Assembly: GCA_038256795.1 (NCBI GenBank)
Contig: JBBSJZ010000001.1
Location: forward strand, 1-48,466
Direction: 5' to 3'
DNA from: Pirellulales bacterium
GTDB lineage: Bacteria; Planctomycetota; Planctomycetia; Pirellulales; Pirellulaceae
DNA: 48,466 nucleotides
Part shown: piece after piece, positions 48,088-48,466 of the stretch
How the letters are laid out: the number at the start of each line of letters is the position of its first letter
How positions within the stretch are numbered: the first letter of the stretch is position 1
Made by a program: the position numbers and the translations under genes
The notes under the pieces: generated by a model
Told to the model about the DNA's origin: nothing
The model's input: only the letters and a program-made list of their open reading frames with translations
The model's database searches: none

Positions 48088-48466
48088 TGAGGTTTTAAGT
48101 GTCGGCGAAGCTGCTGAAGTAAAACGATGAATCGAGTAGGGGTGGACAACGTTGACTGCTGTAGGCGTTGCCCAATGGTTCGCGTTTGAGGGAAGAAGAA
48201 TGAGCTTGCGTGTCCCGCGACAAAATACGCCAGCAATGTTGCGATTGCGGCTCCGTGTCCTCCTAGACGAGGTATTAGTACTAGGTTAGCCACCACATTG
48301 ACGACCGCTCCGGAAATAGTCGCAGCCAAACTGATCTTGTGTAACCCTTCGAGAAGTAAGTGTTGACCTCTTGCGACACCAAAGAAAACAAATGGCAACG
48401 AGAAAGCATGGATTTGAAAAATTGAAGAGCTTTCTGCGTAGCCAATACCAAAGAGCATTCGAATCA
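48084..48466 (-). CDS. Wzx/MOP-type polysaccharide flippase, C-terminal part (5' end lies beyond the window)
   Basis: Open to the window edge. Hydrophobic helices with LIPRLGGHGAAIATLLAYFVAG, typical of polysaccharide-biosynthesis C-terminal (MOP flippase) domains. Confidence 0.7.
   Translation of the reverse strand, partial: IRMLFGIGYAESSSIFQIHAFSLPFVFFGVARGQHLLLEGLHKISLAATISGAVVNVVANLVLIPRLGGHGAAIATLLAYFVAGHASSFFFPQTRTIGQRLQQSTLSTPTRFIVLLQQLRRHLKPQ

Overview
48.5-kb gene-dense chromosomal window. Gene content points to a Pirellulaceae-type planctomycete: a DUF1552/DUF1592 pair, DUF1559 H-X9-DG prepilins, DUF1573, several Ser/Thr-kinase/FHA proteins and a giant beta-propeller lipoprotein. 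This is inference, not verified. I support about 34 protein-coding genes, two IS630-family elements (one cut by the window edge, one decayed), and a few hairpin terminators and REP-like palindromes. I saw no rRNA, tRNA or CRISPR array. Left to right: (1) IS end, a small lipoprotein and an HtrA protease; (2) the DUF1592/DUF1552 pair; (3) a short secretin-like protein; (4) a KAS-like protein lacking the catalytic Cys; (5) tandem SulP-STAS-beta-carbonic-anhydrase fusion genes, one with a degenerate CA domain, with a decayed IS630 just upstream; (6) a Ser/Thr kinase + FHA operon divergent from a compact type IV filament/T2SS-like locus (zinc-ribbon protein, GspF-like, GspE-like, two DUF1559 prepilins, DUF1573, TMTC-like TPR membrane protein); (7) a BamB-like propeller lipoprotein, a membrane pseudokinase and a ~1840-aa multi-propeller lipoprotein; (8) a second FHA protein; (9) an AT-richer glycan-biosynthesis island (three GT2, one GT4, one GNT-I-like GT, two FkbM and one class I methyltransferase, a Wzx-like flippase cut by the window end). 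The most interesting candidate is the secretin-less GspE/GspF/DUF1559 locus with its kinase/FHA neighbour. It could be a dedicated machine for the otherwise orphan planctomycetal DUF1559 pseudopilins. All domain calls are by-eye motif recognition; none was checked with HMMs or BLAST.
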